Positions 10,913 to 22,144 of a DNA stretch of 64,000 nt are shown in pieces. Positions within the stretch are counted from its first letter, which is position 1. Each line of letters begins with the position of its first letter. Source of the DNA: Massalongia carnosa (Eukaryota); the NCBI GenBank assembly GCA_965645245.1, contig OZ287082.1, positions 1,550,001 through 1,614,000 on the forward strand, given 5' to 3'. Under the pieces are notes generated by a model. The model saw only the letters and a list, made by a program, of their open reading frames with translations, ran no database searches and had not been told where the DNA came from. The position numbers were made by a program, and so were the translations under genes.

Positions 10913-13852
10913 TTACTTAGGGATATATAATGTTATCCGTTTTTCCGTTATTTTGTTCCGGAAATAATACACACAATCGAGACACATCCGTAACTCGAGA
11001 TAATGCCACCATATAACTGACCATAAGTAAAAGGAGGAGCTCGCAAATTGACTCCTACCGTGTCCAATGATTGACCTTGTGACTTGTTGACAGTTATAGC
11101 AAAGCACAATCGGATCGGAAATTGTTTGCGATTTATGATCCAGAGCAACTCGCCTTCCGTGGTATTAAGAAGAATACGGGGAATCAATCGCGTATTACCG
11201 TTGAATTCTCCTCCCAAAATCTTTCCCTCTAGACAGGTCTGCGAAATGTGAGTCAGATGTAATCGGGTGCCGTTATAGAGACCAAGTATAGGATATAAGT
11301 TCCACAACAAAATAATTGGAGCTCCAAGTTTCAGTTGCAACTGTGAAAAAGGTAAAGACGATATTTGTAAGGTTTGAAAAACTCGGGAGGAAGACAGTCC
11401 CCTTGTTCCTGCACCGTATCGTTCTCTATTTGATCAACGGAATTCAAGGTATGCGAATCGCCCCGCAATTTCTTCAGTATTGCACCGTTTAACCCCGCGA
11501 CGATATCGTTTCGCAAAATCAAAATTGCTCGAATTGCGAAAAAATCCGTACCCAGATGAGCTTGCTACATGTGATCGAAGGAAAAACGGTGTCCACGACA
11601 CTTTTTAAGTTGTTCAATTGATTGACTTGTTCCGGTAGCTGAATACGACCGTACAAAGCATGGTCATAAGACACTTTCCCGATCCAGTCCGCAAACGCCT
11701 CCTTGGCGACTCCGTTACGAATTCGCATTTTTTGACGCAAAAACCGGGTTTGAAATCGCGGCCACAGAAAGGTATTTTGAATATTCGCCGCAACGATAGC
11801 TTCCCGATTTCCACGGGGAACAGCGGGTAAGCTTTGACCGAAATCTCCGCCTAACACTATCGGAATACCTCCGAAAAGATCGTGATTGCCTAAAAGGTCC
11901 ATAAAAGTACGATATACGGCCATGAAACATTATTTGTGTTGCATCCACGTCTCATCTCAAATAATTAATACTGTGCGTTGCAAAAGACCGTGTAAATACG
12001 TGTTTCGGGTGATATTACACATGTTGACCTCATTTAAAATCAAAGGAATTTTAAAACGGGAATTTGAAGTCTGTCCGTCAGGAAGAAGTAAAGCCGCAAT
12101 GTCGGAAGACGCAGCGCAAAGAACGATTTTATTCTCCGCCCGAAAATAAATGCAAAGAGTCTTATATAAAAAAGTCTTACCTGTTCCTGCAGGTCCGTAA
12201 ACAAAAAAATGTGCCGTTCTCGGATGATCTCTAACTCCCGCAACAATAGTATCAAGACCGTGTTTCTGATCCGCATTCAGTTGAGTATATCGTTTATTTT
12301 GTAACGTCGTTTCTTCATTGAAATCATAAGTCATTTCACCCGTAATTAAAGGATTTCCAGTACTCCGACCCTAATTATATGTAAAGAGCGGCATATTATA
12401 ATCCTCTAATCGTTTTCCTAACTTCAAAAGAACTTCGTCAAACAAATCAAGGCCGTAATCTAAATGTGGACTCATTAAATCGTCAGGAATATCAGTCATT
12501 GATCGTAATCGAGGCGGTAAATCGTCACATATATCATTTGCGTATTGATTTCATAAGGCCGTGGGATCCGTAACACGACCGTTAATTATAGCGTTTCCAA
12601 ATAACGCCCGCAATCCGTGTCCAGAAGAAAATCGCACTACTTCCGCAAAGCAACTGAACCCTTCCTGATCATCTTCCAACAATCGTCGAGCACTGCAAGC
12701 GGCCTGAAATGTTGGATAAATCACTCCGTCAACAGGGCGCAGATCCTCAAAGGACTGCAGTCCCGGAACAACCGTTAGAAGCATCCGCAAATAATATTTC
12801 TCGCCCGTCATAGGACTGCAGGCATAAATACGACCCACCGCAAATCCGCGTTGACGGGGTTGCCAGCATTTTTTCTTTGCTTCCCAAACATAACTATTCG
12901 GGAAATCTTGATATAACAACACGCAGCCGTCCACGTGAAGTCTGTTATAAGGACCTTGCAAATGATACAATTCTCCGTGAAATTGATAAAATATCGGACT
13001 GCGTCGATTGCGGGGAAGTCGACGATCAGGCTTATAATTTACGTAGGTAAACGTCAACGCGGAGTTGTATTCCTGTAGGCTTTTGCGAAAGGCACAACTT
13101 CTAGAATCTTCTCCGATTAACAGTTGTCGCAAAAAATCAGGAGGAGGCTGAAACGAAATAACACAATATTACCTCGCTTTGCAACAGAAATCGTATTCTC
13201 GTTCGCGTCTTCTGTAACCACGCGGAGCATTTTCTTTCCAATGCCAGGTACCGCAATGTCTACAATGATCATTCATGTGTTGAATCTGTCGCATAGTGGA
13301 CTTTAAAGTATACTGACTTTTAAATGCCGCAGGTAAGTCACGATTCGCAACGGCACGCTCACGACGGGTTTGACGATTTAGACGATTTATATCTCGCGAC
13401 TCCCAACGATTAGCAGATGATGAAACGGATCTAAGACTCGCAACTGAAGGAGATACATGACTGGAAAAGAACCTTGCGGAAGCTTCATTGAGCAACATTT
13501 CTTCCCAAATATTTCGATTGTCCTGTTCGGAACGAACTCGAGATAATGAACTCGATGACAAAAAAGCAGACGATACGGAAGAAATCGCCGCAAAATCATC
13601 GGGCACAATTTGCGAAGACGCAAAAGATACAACAGGACTTTTGGGAGGCGCAGGCGGACTTAAATAAAGACGAACGGGAGGTTTTGGAGGCCGAAAAATC
13701 AGACGGACGCGTCTCACAGGTGGATTTTCTTGTTCATTTAAACCACTAAGCGGTCTGCGGGGAGAAGAAACTGATTGTAAAGACATGACTGTAATAACTG
13801 TAGATATTGCATGAAGTCGCGAGAGGAAAACAGACACGAAACGAAATATCAC
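10913..13852 (-). pseudogene. Helitron RepHel, internally deleted and frameshifted
   Basis: N-terminal CRHC..HW..FCC motif; YNSALTFT..GELYH joined directly to LYQDFP..GEKYYLRMLL; Pif1 helicase motifs GPAGTGKT, LGGDFGQ and TVNKSQGQSL. No HUH Rep core was seen. Confidence 0.9.
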
Positions 13853-14529
13853 GTCTCGTAAGCTAAGCTTAATGAAGACTTGAGTTAAACCGAATCAAGG
13901 TTATTTTCAGATTTGTTGAACGGACGGATTTAGCGCAGTTTTCGGGAATATCAAAACATGAAAACCTCAAATAACGACCACCTCTCACGGCCCATAACTG
14001 GCGTAAAAGAACGTAGTTTTCGGGATACGGATTGATATCCACAGGATCAGTTGATCTACCAAGTTTGACGAAGTGAAACGGTCCGGTACGGTGAAGGCAA
14101 GAGGGGAGTTTTTGGTCCTGTCTGCACGACGTCCTCTCCGCATTATTAATACTTCAGTACTATATAGACGAGACTGTGCCATCTCAGACCTGAGATTAAT
14201 TTGCTACTACTTTTCATTTGCTTACTATTCGGCTTGTTATTTGGCTTGCTATTTTTTCATGCGAATCTCAAAATATCTCGGATTTCTGCTCCGGACCTGC
14301 TCCGCTTCGCTCCGCAACGGCCCTGCGCCATCTCCTCCTTGACACCCGCCAAAGCATCTGTCAAAGCATCTTTCAAATAGTCTCCCAGATAGCCTCCGCT
14401 GATTGTAATAAGGCCCCACATCTAGCTCCTAAATAGCCTTCAAATAGTCTCTGCCGCTTTTCAAATAACCTCCCTTTTTTCCCTGAAAATTCCACCTCGA
14501 CGTTTTTTTGTCTGCTACCCAGAACACCG

Positions 14530-15830
14530 TTAATCTACCATCTAGACCACCTTTTGTCAATCATCCAAACTATCTCTTGATCACCGTCCTGACCACCTTT
14601 TGACCACTACCCTGATCACACTTTGACCGTCACCCGTATTACTTTTTGTCCACCCTTCCAGGCTATCTTCTGTCTATCGTCCAGATCAACTGACAGATCA
14701 TCGTCCAGACCGCCTTTTAATCATCACCCAGATCACCTTTGTCCATCATTCAGACCCTCTTTAACCACTATTCATATCATCTTTTATCCATCACTCATAT
14801 CATCTATTGACCAACGTTCATATCATCTTTTGTCCACCTGCAAGACCACCTTTCGACCTTCACTCAGACCACCTTTTGATCACTATTAAGATCCCCTTTT
14901 TTCCACCTCCCATATCATCTTTTGTCCACCTGTCAGATTATCTTTTGCTCACCTGTCAGATCATCTTTTGTCTATCGTCCATATCATCTTTTGTCTATCG
15001 TCTATATCATCTTTGGTTCATCGTCTTGACCAACTTTTGATCATCACCCAGACCATCTTTAGTCCACCACTAATAACCTTTTTTTCACCTGTCAGGCCAA
15101 CTTTTGTTCATCACCCAGATCACCTTTTGTCCATCGTCCAGACCATCTTTTGACCACCTTTTGACCACCTTTTGCCCATCTTTTGTCCATCATCTAGACC
15201 ACCTTTGTCCATTACTAATATAACCTTTTGTCCACCTGTCAGGCCACATTTTGTCCACCTGCCAGAGCACCTTTTGTCCACCCCTCATATCACCTTTTGA
15301 TCATCGTCCAGACCACCTGCCAGACCACCCGCCAGACCACGTGCCAGACCACCTTTTGTCTACCTGCCATGCCACCTTTTGTCCACCTGCCAGACCACCT
15401 TTTGTCCATCCCTCATATCAACTTTTGATCATAATCCAGACTACCTGCCAGACCACCTGCCAGACCACCTTTTGTCGACCTGCCAGACCACCTTTTGTCG
15501 ACCTGCCAGACCACCTTTTGTCCACCTGCCAGACCACCTTTTGTCCATCCCTCATATCAACTTTTGATTATAATCCAGACCACCTGCCAGACCACCTTTT
15601 GTCTATCACCCAGACCACCTTTTTTCTACCTGTCAGACAGACCACCTGCCAGACCACCTGCCCGACCAACTTTTGTCCATCACCCAGCCACCCAGACCAC
15701 CTTTTGTCTATCACCCAGACTACCTTTTGTCTACCTGCCAGACAGTCTTTTGTCTATTACCCAGACCTCTTTTTGTCCCTCACCCAGACCAACTTTTGTC
15801 TACCTGCCAGACCACCTTGTGTCTACTACT
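14530..15830. repeat. Minisatellite (CCAGACCACCTTTTGTCCACCTG-like) inside Helitron unit B
   Basis: Degenerate 11-12/23-bp units, which produce spurious repetitive ORFs. Confidence 0.9.
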
Positions 15831-16469
15831 AAAATCATTGTATAGCCAGTAATTAATGATGATAGAAATAAATTATGAAATAGATGAAGCAGATGATGAA
15901 GTAAATGATGAAGTAGCAACGCGTTAACAAAACAATAATAATGTTGACATAATTGACACTAAACTACATCGAGTGAACATTAAACCGAATTGAGGTTTTT
16001 TGCAAGTTCGTTAGACAGACTGATTTAGCGGGGTTTTCGGGAACATCAAAACATGAAAACCTCAAATAACGACCACCTCTCACGTCCCACAACGGGCGTA
16101 AAAGAACGTAGTTTTCGTGATACGGATTGATATCCACAGGATTAGTTGAACCACCAAGTTTGACGAAGTGAAACGGTCCGGTACGGTGGAGGCAAGAGGG
16201 GAGATTTTGGTCCTGTCCGCACGACGTCCTCTCCGCATTATTACTACTTCAGTACTATATAGACGAGAAAGTGCCATCTCAGACCTGAGATGTTTCGAAT
16301 GAAAAAATCTAATTTACTACTACTTTTCATTTACTTACTATTTGGCTTGCTATTTTTTCATGCGAATCTCAAAATATCTCGGATTTCTGCTCCGGACCTG
16401 CTCCGCTTCGCTCCGCAACGGCCCTGCGCCATCTCCTCCTTAGCACCCGCCAAAGCATCTGTCAAACCA

Positions 16470-17045
16470 TCTTCCAAATAGTCTCCCAGATAGCCTCCGC
16501 TGATTTTATTAAGGCCCCTCATCTAGTCCCTAAATAGCCTTTCAATTAGTCTCCGCTGCTTTTCAGATAGTCTCCCAGAAAGCCTCACAAAAAACCTCTT
16601 AAATAGCCTCTCAAATAGCCTCCCAAATAGCCCTTAATTATCTCCCAAGTATCTCTTAAATATCTCCTAAATAGCCTCCCAAATATTCCCCTAAATAGCT
16701 ACCAAATAGCCTCCCAAATAGTCTCCGCTGCTTTTCAGATAGCATCTCAAATAGCCTCCCAAATAGCCTTTCAAATCGCCTCGCATAAAGCCTCCCAAAT
16801 AGCCTCCCAGATAGTCTTCACCGCTTTCAAATAGTCTCCAAAATAGCCTTCCAGATATTCTGCGCTGCTTTTCAAATAACTCTTCAAATAGCCTCCCAGA
16901 TAGCTATCAAATAATCTCCCATATAGCCTCCCAAATAACTTTCCAATTAGCCTTCCAAATAGTCTCCCAGATAATCTCTGCTGCTTTTCAATAGCTTTTC
17001 AAATAGTTTCCCAAATAGTTTCCCAAATAGCTACCAGATAGCTTC
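16470..17045. repeat. 12-bp minisatellite (AAATAGCCTCCC)n inside Helitron unit C
   Basis: Degenerate tandem units; the minus strand reads GAG GCT ATT TGG (EAIW). Confidence 0.85.
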
Positions 17046-17637
17046 TTGAATAGCCTCAATATCTATCTCCCCCGTTATCAAAATTTTTTCCGCCGCTTTT
17101 CGCATAGTTTCTTTAGCTTTTTGGTCTCGTGCATCTTGAATTCGTCTATTTTCTCGAAGCTGTCGATAATGAGGCACTCTAGAAGCATAAGAACAATCGA
17201 CTCCGTTTTCTCCTTTCCAACCCGATTTTTCTATTATATGTCGTTTGACGTGATTATAAGCTCGTCCGTCTCGAGTATTATCTATATCATCGTCAATTTT
17301 TTTCGTCAAAATATGTTCCGTTAACATTCCTATATCGAGTTCACGTTGATATTCAGCAAGCGTTTCTCGTGCGAGCGATAAATATTTTATTTTTGCACTC
17401 GATAACGCGTCAACCCGAAATTTGGAAACGATAGAAGAAAAAATGGGAGCGTCTGAAGAAACAAAACGGGATCGCGAATGAATAACAGGAGTTTGTTTTT
17501 GCACCTAATAAAATCATTAATCAAAATGTCAAAATTCAAATGAGAATACTTACCCGAAAAACGCCGTACGGCGAATTGTTGTTATTGTTTATATGTTTGC
17601 GGCATCGTTCGATTTGATTTACGGAACGTGCGGATGC
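17031..17637 (-). pseudogene. Spliced orphan gene carried by Helitron unit C
   Basis: Exon ..INNNNNSPYGVFR, 49-nt GTAAGT..TAG intron (17553-17505), then a 157-codon exon ending IEAIQEAIW and running into the EAIW repeat. Confidence 0.55.
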
Positions 17638-18235
17638 CTGAGTAAGAGCAAAAACGTGTTGAGACATAAAGAGCTAAAATAGATAGAATTATTAGCTGGC
17701 TGAGATGAAGGGAGCTGCGATAGAGAAGATTCTTTACCAGATTGAAATGGATAAAAGCTGCGGCGAAAAGAGCTGCAGTAAAAAGAACTGCGGTGAAAAG
17801 AGCTGCGGTGAAAAGGCTACGGTGAAAAGAGATAGGTAAACAAAACGAAAAGCACAGTAAACCAAATCAAGTCCGCATTAAACCTCTTATGGAGGATTTC
17901 AAAGAAAATCTGATGCTTCGCGAAGAGACCTACTCCCCCTATGGCAATCGGGCGAAAAAGCACGCACGTTTCGAGATATCGACTATGGTTGATATGATTT
18001 ATAGGTCTGCAAAGTTTTACGATATCATACGATAAAATGCATACTCGCAATGAGGTGCTTCTTTTTGGTCCTTTCCGTACGGCGTCCTTTCCGCATTATT
18101 TGATAATTCAGTACTGATCCGCAAGCCGCGTTCCCTTTTTCGGGTTAAATCTAACCGAATAAGGTAGTGTTGCCCAAAGTAGCAGGGGAACCACTTTAGT
18201 ACAATATAGATAAAGTTTAACTAACTCGCGAGTAG

Positions 18236-18760
18236 GCTCCGAAAAAGCAGTTTCTCGCGACTATCCTGATAAAGGCAGTTACTCTGATATTCTTCAATCC
18301 GACAATGACTGCAGTTATAGACACAATACTGATACTGCGCATTTGTTCAATCCACTTCCAGGAGAAGTAATCGTATTGATAGCAACTCTGATTCAACATG
18401 CTATTGGAGAGTACGAATACGGGCTAAAAAAGGTATAGGCTTTTGATGGGTCATAGCGAGAGAGTAAGTTTGTACCAATATAATCTTTGCTGAGTTGAGG
18501 CATTAATACAGAAAAGAAATCCATACTCGAATGACGAACACCTGGGATCGACAGTCATCGGAGAGAAAGATGTTGTTACAAAGTATCATTCATAGGCGGG
18601 TTATGCGTCAGACTAGACAAAGAGATGGGGACTTCTCGGCGGTCACAAAAGCTGTCTACAATCCATTTGCCACTTCTATTGACGACCTTGTAGATCTTAA
18701 TGCGGGAGATGAAATGCAAAGTCGGTCAGGTCGACAGCGTGGCTTTCTTCCTTGACATCT
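18236..18760 (+). pseudogene. Downstream exons of the DUF6532-like cargo gene, copy 1
   Basis: APKKQFLATILIKAVTLIFF..HLFNPLPGEVIVLIATLIQHAIGEYEYG; homologous to 40354-40840. Confidence 0.55.
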
Positions 18761-19443
18761 TCGTGTAGAACTTCGATCGTTCGTTGCGAGGAGGTGGATT
18801 CGGGTTTTTCGCTATGTCTTGATTGGTATTATGCTTTTGGATTATCAGTAATAACAATCGAAGGAATCCTCTTCACCTAGACCGCCGCAGTTGACGAGCC
18901 ACGAGGTATGCAATCTTATTAACCACGTTCTAACGTGGTATTAACATCTCTCCTAGATTTCTTCGTAACGTGGACCCTTACAATTAAAGCACAGCGCATC
19001 ATGTTTATCCTTCGTAAGTATTCGCTTTGTTTATAGAATATCTGTTAGTCTAACAATATGACGGTTCAACCAGGATGTGAAATTGACTATCTACTGGGAA
19101 GCTATGCACTAGAAAATATCGAAGATGCAGAAAGGAAATAAGCAAAGGGTGCCCTCTCTGAGGGTCTAAATAGATAATCGCTTGGCCCGATCCAGCTGCT
19201 TGTCTCTTCATTAATAAGTGAACAGTTTGATCAAACAGTCTTTCTGTCCTTTGTCCCTTTCATCCATTTGTGTTTGCTTTAGAAGGTCGTTTCGATGCGT
19301 CCCTTTCAGTCCTTTCAGACCTCCATTGATTGCCCCTATGATTGCTAAAAGGGATGAGTAACGGAAGCGTTTAGTGCGCCGGCAGATGCCGTACTTTTCT
19401 TTTATTGGCCTTGGGTGGTTATGGTTGAACCGTGACAAACAAT

Positions 19444-19833
19444 TGCGTTGGAAATAGATTAACGACAAGATATTGTCAACTCAAATTCCACTCGCGGAAG
19501 AGGCAATCGTGACGACAGATTCGGGTCAAGAAGTTACAGTAGATTACGATTTACGCATGCGGAAAGACTGGTGGGTTCGAATGAGGTATGATGCAACGTG
19601 GAAGGAGTGGCAGACTGCTGTAGGAATGAAAGATTAGGAGTCGTTCTGGTATACTTAACCAATATTTCCCGAAGCCGTATTGAGCTTTGAGGAGGAATAT
19701 AGTTCGTTTTTGGATCGGGTGGAAAAGGTGCATAGAGTAATAATACGAAGAAGAAACTGGGCGCAATCTCAAGCAGATGAAGACTCTACGAGGGAGGACG
19801 ACAATATGGGAGAACTCATATAACATTATTTAA
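19444..19833 (+). pseudogene. Second cargo ORF of the TIR element, copy 1 (stops present)
   Basis: Homologous to the open ORF 41176-41565 but with in-frame TAG/TAA. Confidence 0.55.
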
Positions 19834-20165
19834 ACCAAATCTTGATAATATACTCGACTGGTGTATCTTTATCGTCGAATCTGGCAGCATCAAGCGCTCG
19901 AAAATGAAACAAAAGCAGTACATTTTGACATAGGCAAGATTTGTTACAATCGTTACTAAACAACAAGTTAATTAATGAAATTATTGGATTCAAAGGCTTA
20001 CAATGACACAAAAGAGTCAATAAAGCAATTATCATCATTGGACAAAGAAAGATAAAGGTAATCAATAATCAAAGAGCAGCTGTTTACAGGTCAAATGTTC
20101 GACTATTCGTCCAGCGCCCATGTCAAACGTGGGCGCAATCGGCAGTACCTAGAACATTTCTGCTA

Positions 20166-21503
20166 CAGTCCAGTGCCAAAAGTCTGCGGCCCAACCCGTT
20201 ATTTTCGTGATTTCACGTTTTCAACTAATCAACTTCCCATCTTCCACCTTATCATTTCACTATGCTTCGTGCTTCTTTGACCCCCATATGTGGTAATCGG
20301 CCTCGTAACAATAAATTGACGCTATATCAACGTGGTATGATTGTTGGGGCCCAGGCGTTGGAGCACACACCGGCGGAGATTGGGATGACTCTTAATTTCA
20401 CTTAATCGACCGTGCAGAGCACTATTCAGAAGCACTCAATTCGCAACGACGGCGTATCTAAATCACGTTCTGGACTGCCTGAAGTGCTGTCAGAACTCGA
20501 TCGATGTTATATCATCAAGCATGCACGAATCGATCCACGAATCACTTATGCACAAATCAAACTAGAAGTGGGGCTCGGCTGTAGTCGTACGACTATTTAT
20601 CGGGCACTCAAACTGGATGGTTTAGCCAACTAGGTAGCTAAAAAACGACCTTTATTGACGCCTGAGATGGCCAAGAAACCCTTTGATTGGTGCTTGCTGC
20701 GGCGTGAGTAGACTTTTGAGTAGTGGTCAAGAGTTATATTGTTAGATGAGTGCTCGGTGGAAAAGGGGTCAGGAAAACAGCTTCAGTGGGTTTTCAGATT
20801 GCCGAAAGAAAAATGGAATAAAGAGATGATACAGCCTGTCCCCAAAGGCAAAGGAGTCAGTGTCATGGTCTAGGCAGCTTTTTAGGGAGATGACATGTCA
20901 GATCTTTACAAATTGGCTCGTGAATTTGCTGCTAAGAAGATGGGGTACTCGGCGAACTCATATATGGAATTATTGAACGATAATCTGCTTGGAATTTGGC
21001 AACCGGTCCTCATTTTCATGTAGGATAACGCACCTATATATAAGGCTAAAAAGGTAATAGAATGGTTCAATGAGAACGGCATAGAGTTAATCGATTGGCC
21101 CCCCTATCCACCTTATTTAAATCCTATCGAGCACGTTTGATATATTATCAAAAAGCTCGTCTATCAAGTCTACCCGAACACAGATATTGTAATCGGCAGT
21201 GATGAAACTGTTCGTGAGGGACTTTAGAAAGCGTTAGAAGAAGCCTAGACGTTGATAGATGTGAAAATGATGAGGAGGTTAATAGAGAGCATGAATAGGA
21301 GGATAAAAGCGTTTATAGCGTCGGAAGGATGGTATACTAAATATTAAAAATCAATTTTTGGGGGAATTCTTATTTAGTAAGTATCTAATCATTATGTAAA
21401 GTTTCAAGATATTTCAGCAATCGTGACGCGGTTGATTGTTGATTGAATGTAATGATTGAAATGTTAGTGGGGTGCGGGGCCGCAGACTTTTGGCCTAGTA
21501 CTG
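20166..21503 (+). mobile_element. Tc1/impala-like DNA transposon, RIP-inactivated
   Basis: TIRs CAGTCCAGTGCCAAAAGTCTGCGGCCC / GGCCGCAGACTTTTGGCCTAGTACTG, TA TSD, single TA at the empty paralogous site (~41884). DECSV, M*DNAP and WPPYPPYLNPIEH motifs with many TAG stops. Confidence 0.95.
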
Positions 21504-21572
21504 TAATTGACTAATATAGTCTATTAGTCGACCATTTGACCAATTTGCGGGTCCTCCCGATTTCCCGAGGTA

Positions 21573-21885
21573 CTCGTCGAATAACGAAAGATTTATGTTG
21601 ATATTGTGAAAAATCGGAATATTTTCCGTTAAATTATCTCAAGTTGATAAAAGACCCGAATAAGCTCAAGAATTCATGTCTCAACTAGAAGTCTTTTGCT
21701 TTTTCGACGAAAAATGCAAAAGTTTCGAAATAAGTCGTCCTCGAAGACTCTTGAAAGATTTCTCGATTTCAATTTCAGTTTTTTCTTTATTAAAAGACTT
21801 CTTAAATGATTAACATCTTATCATATTTATAATATTTTCTGCAAACAATCGTTTTTTTTGCATTATGTTTTGATTAATTAGAATA
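21573..21885 (+). pseudogene. RIP-mutated Gypsy relic part 2 (gag end and protease start)
   Basis: Degenerate zinc knuckle, then HYVLIN, corresponding to TYALVD. Confidence 0.6.
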
Positions 21886-22144
21886 TCTCTCGGCCTCGCT
21901 TAGCTGCCTCCAAACGAGGTATACCATCTCTAGTCGGGGAAAGCGGTCTGCGTAGGCAAGCGATCTGCGTAGTTTCAATTTCAGGATTTGTCCAAATTCA
22001 CCCATTGTACCACCTATTTTGCAGCTTTTTGCAACACTTCTCGACCGCAACCTACGACAATTAGCTATTATTATTAATACCATTGATAGATAGCAACTGC
22101 AAATCTTAACTGCTCCTTTATCAACAGGGAATACAATATATTTT

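Larger units (their letters stand above)
10641..18210 (-). mobile_element. Composite Helitron of three head-to-tail units (18210-16264, 16263-14169, 14168-10641)
   Basis: Absent from the paralogous site TCTTGATA|TAGAG (~40328); inserted between A and T with no TSD. On the minus strand each unit starts TCTATA and ends hairpin ATCTCAG-nn-CTGAGAT + ~8 nt + CTCG. Confidence 0.9.
1645..21570 (+). mobile_element. Unclassified TIR DNA element, copy 1 (CATC termini, 2-bp TSD), expanded by nested insertions
   Basis: Starts CATCGGGAAATCGGTAG and ends CTCCCGATTTCCCGAGG, flanked by CA/TA. Segments 1645-2090, 3476-4147, 9773-10640, 18211-20165 and 21506-21570 are colinear with 37921-41950. Confidence 0.85.

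Noticed and set aside
14530..15845. Repetitive ORFs (TTCQTTF/PDHL) or a CRISPR-like array
   Set aside because: Degenerate minisatellite with no unique spacers; the ORFs are by-products, and the context is eukaryotic.
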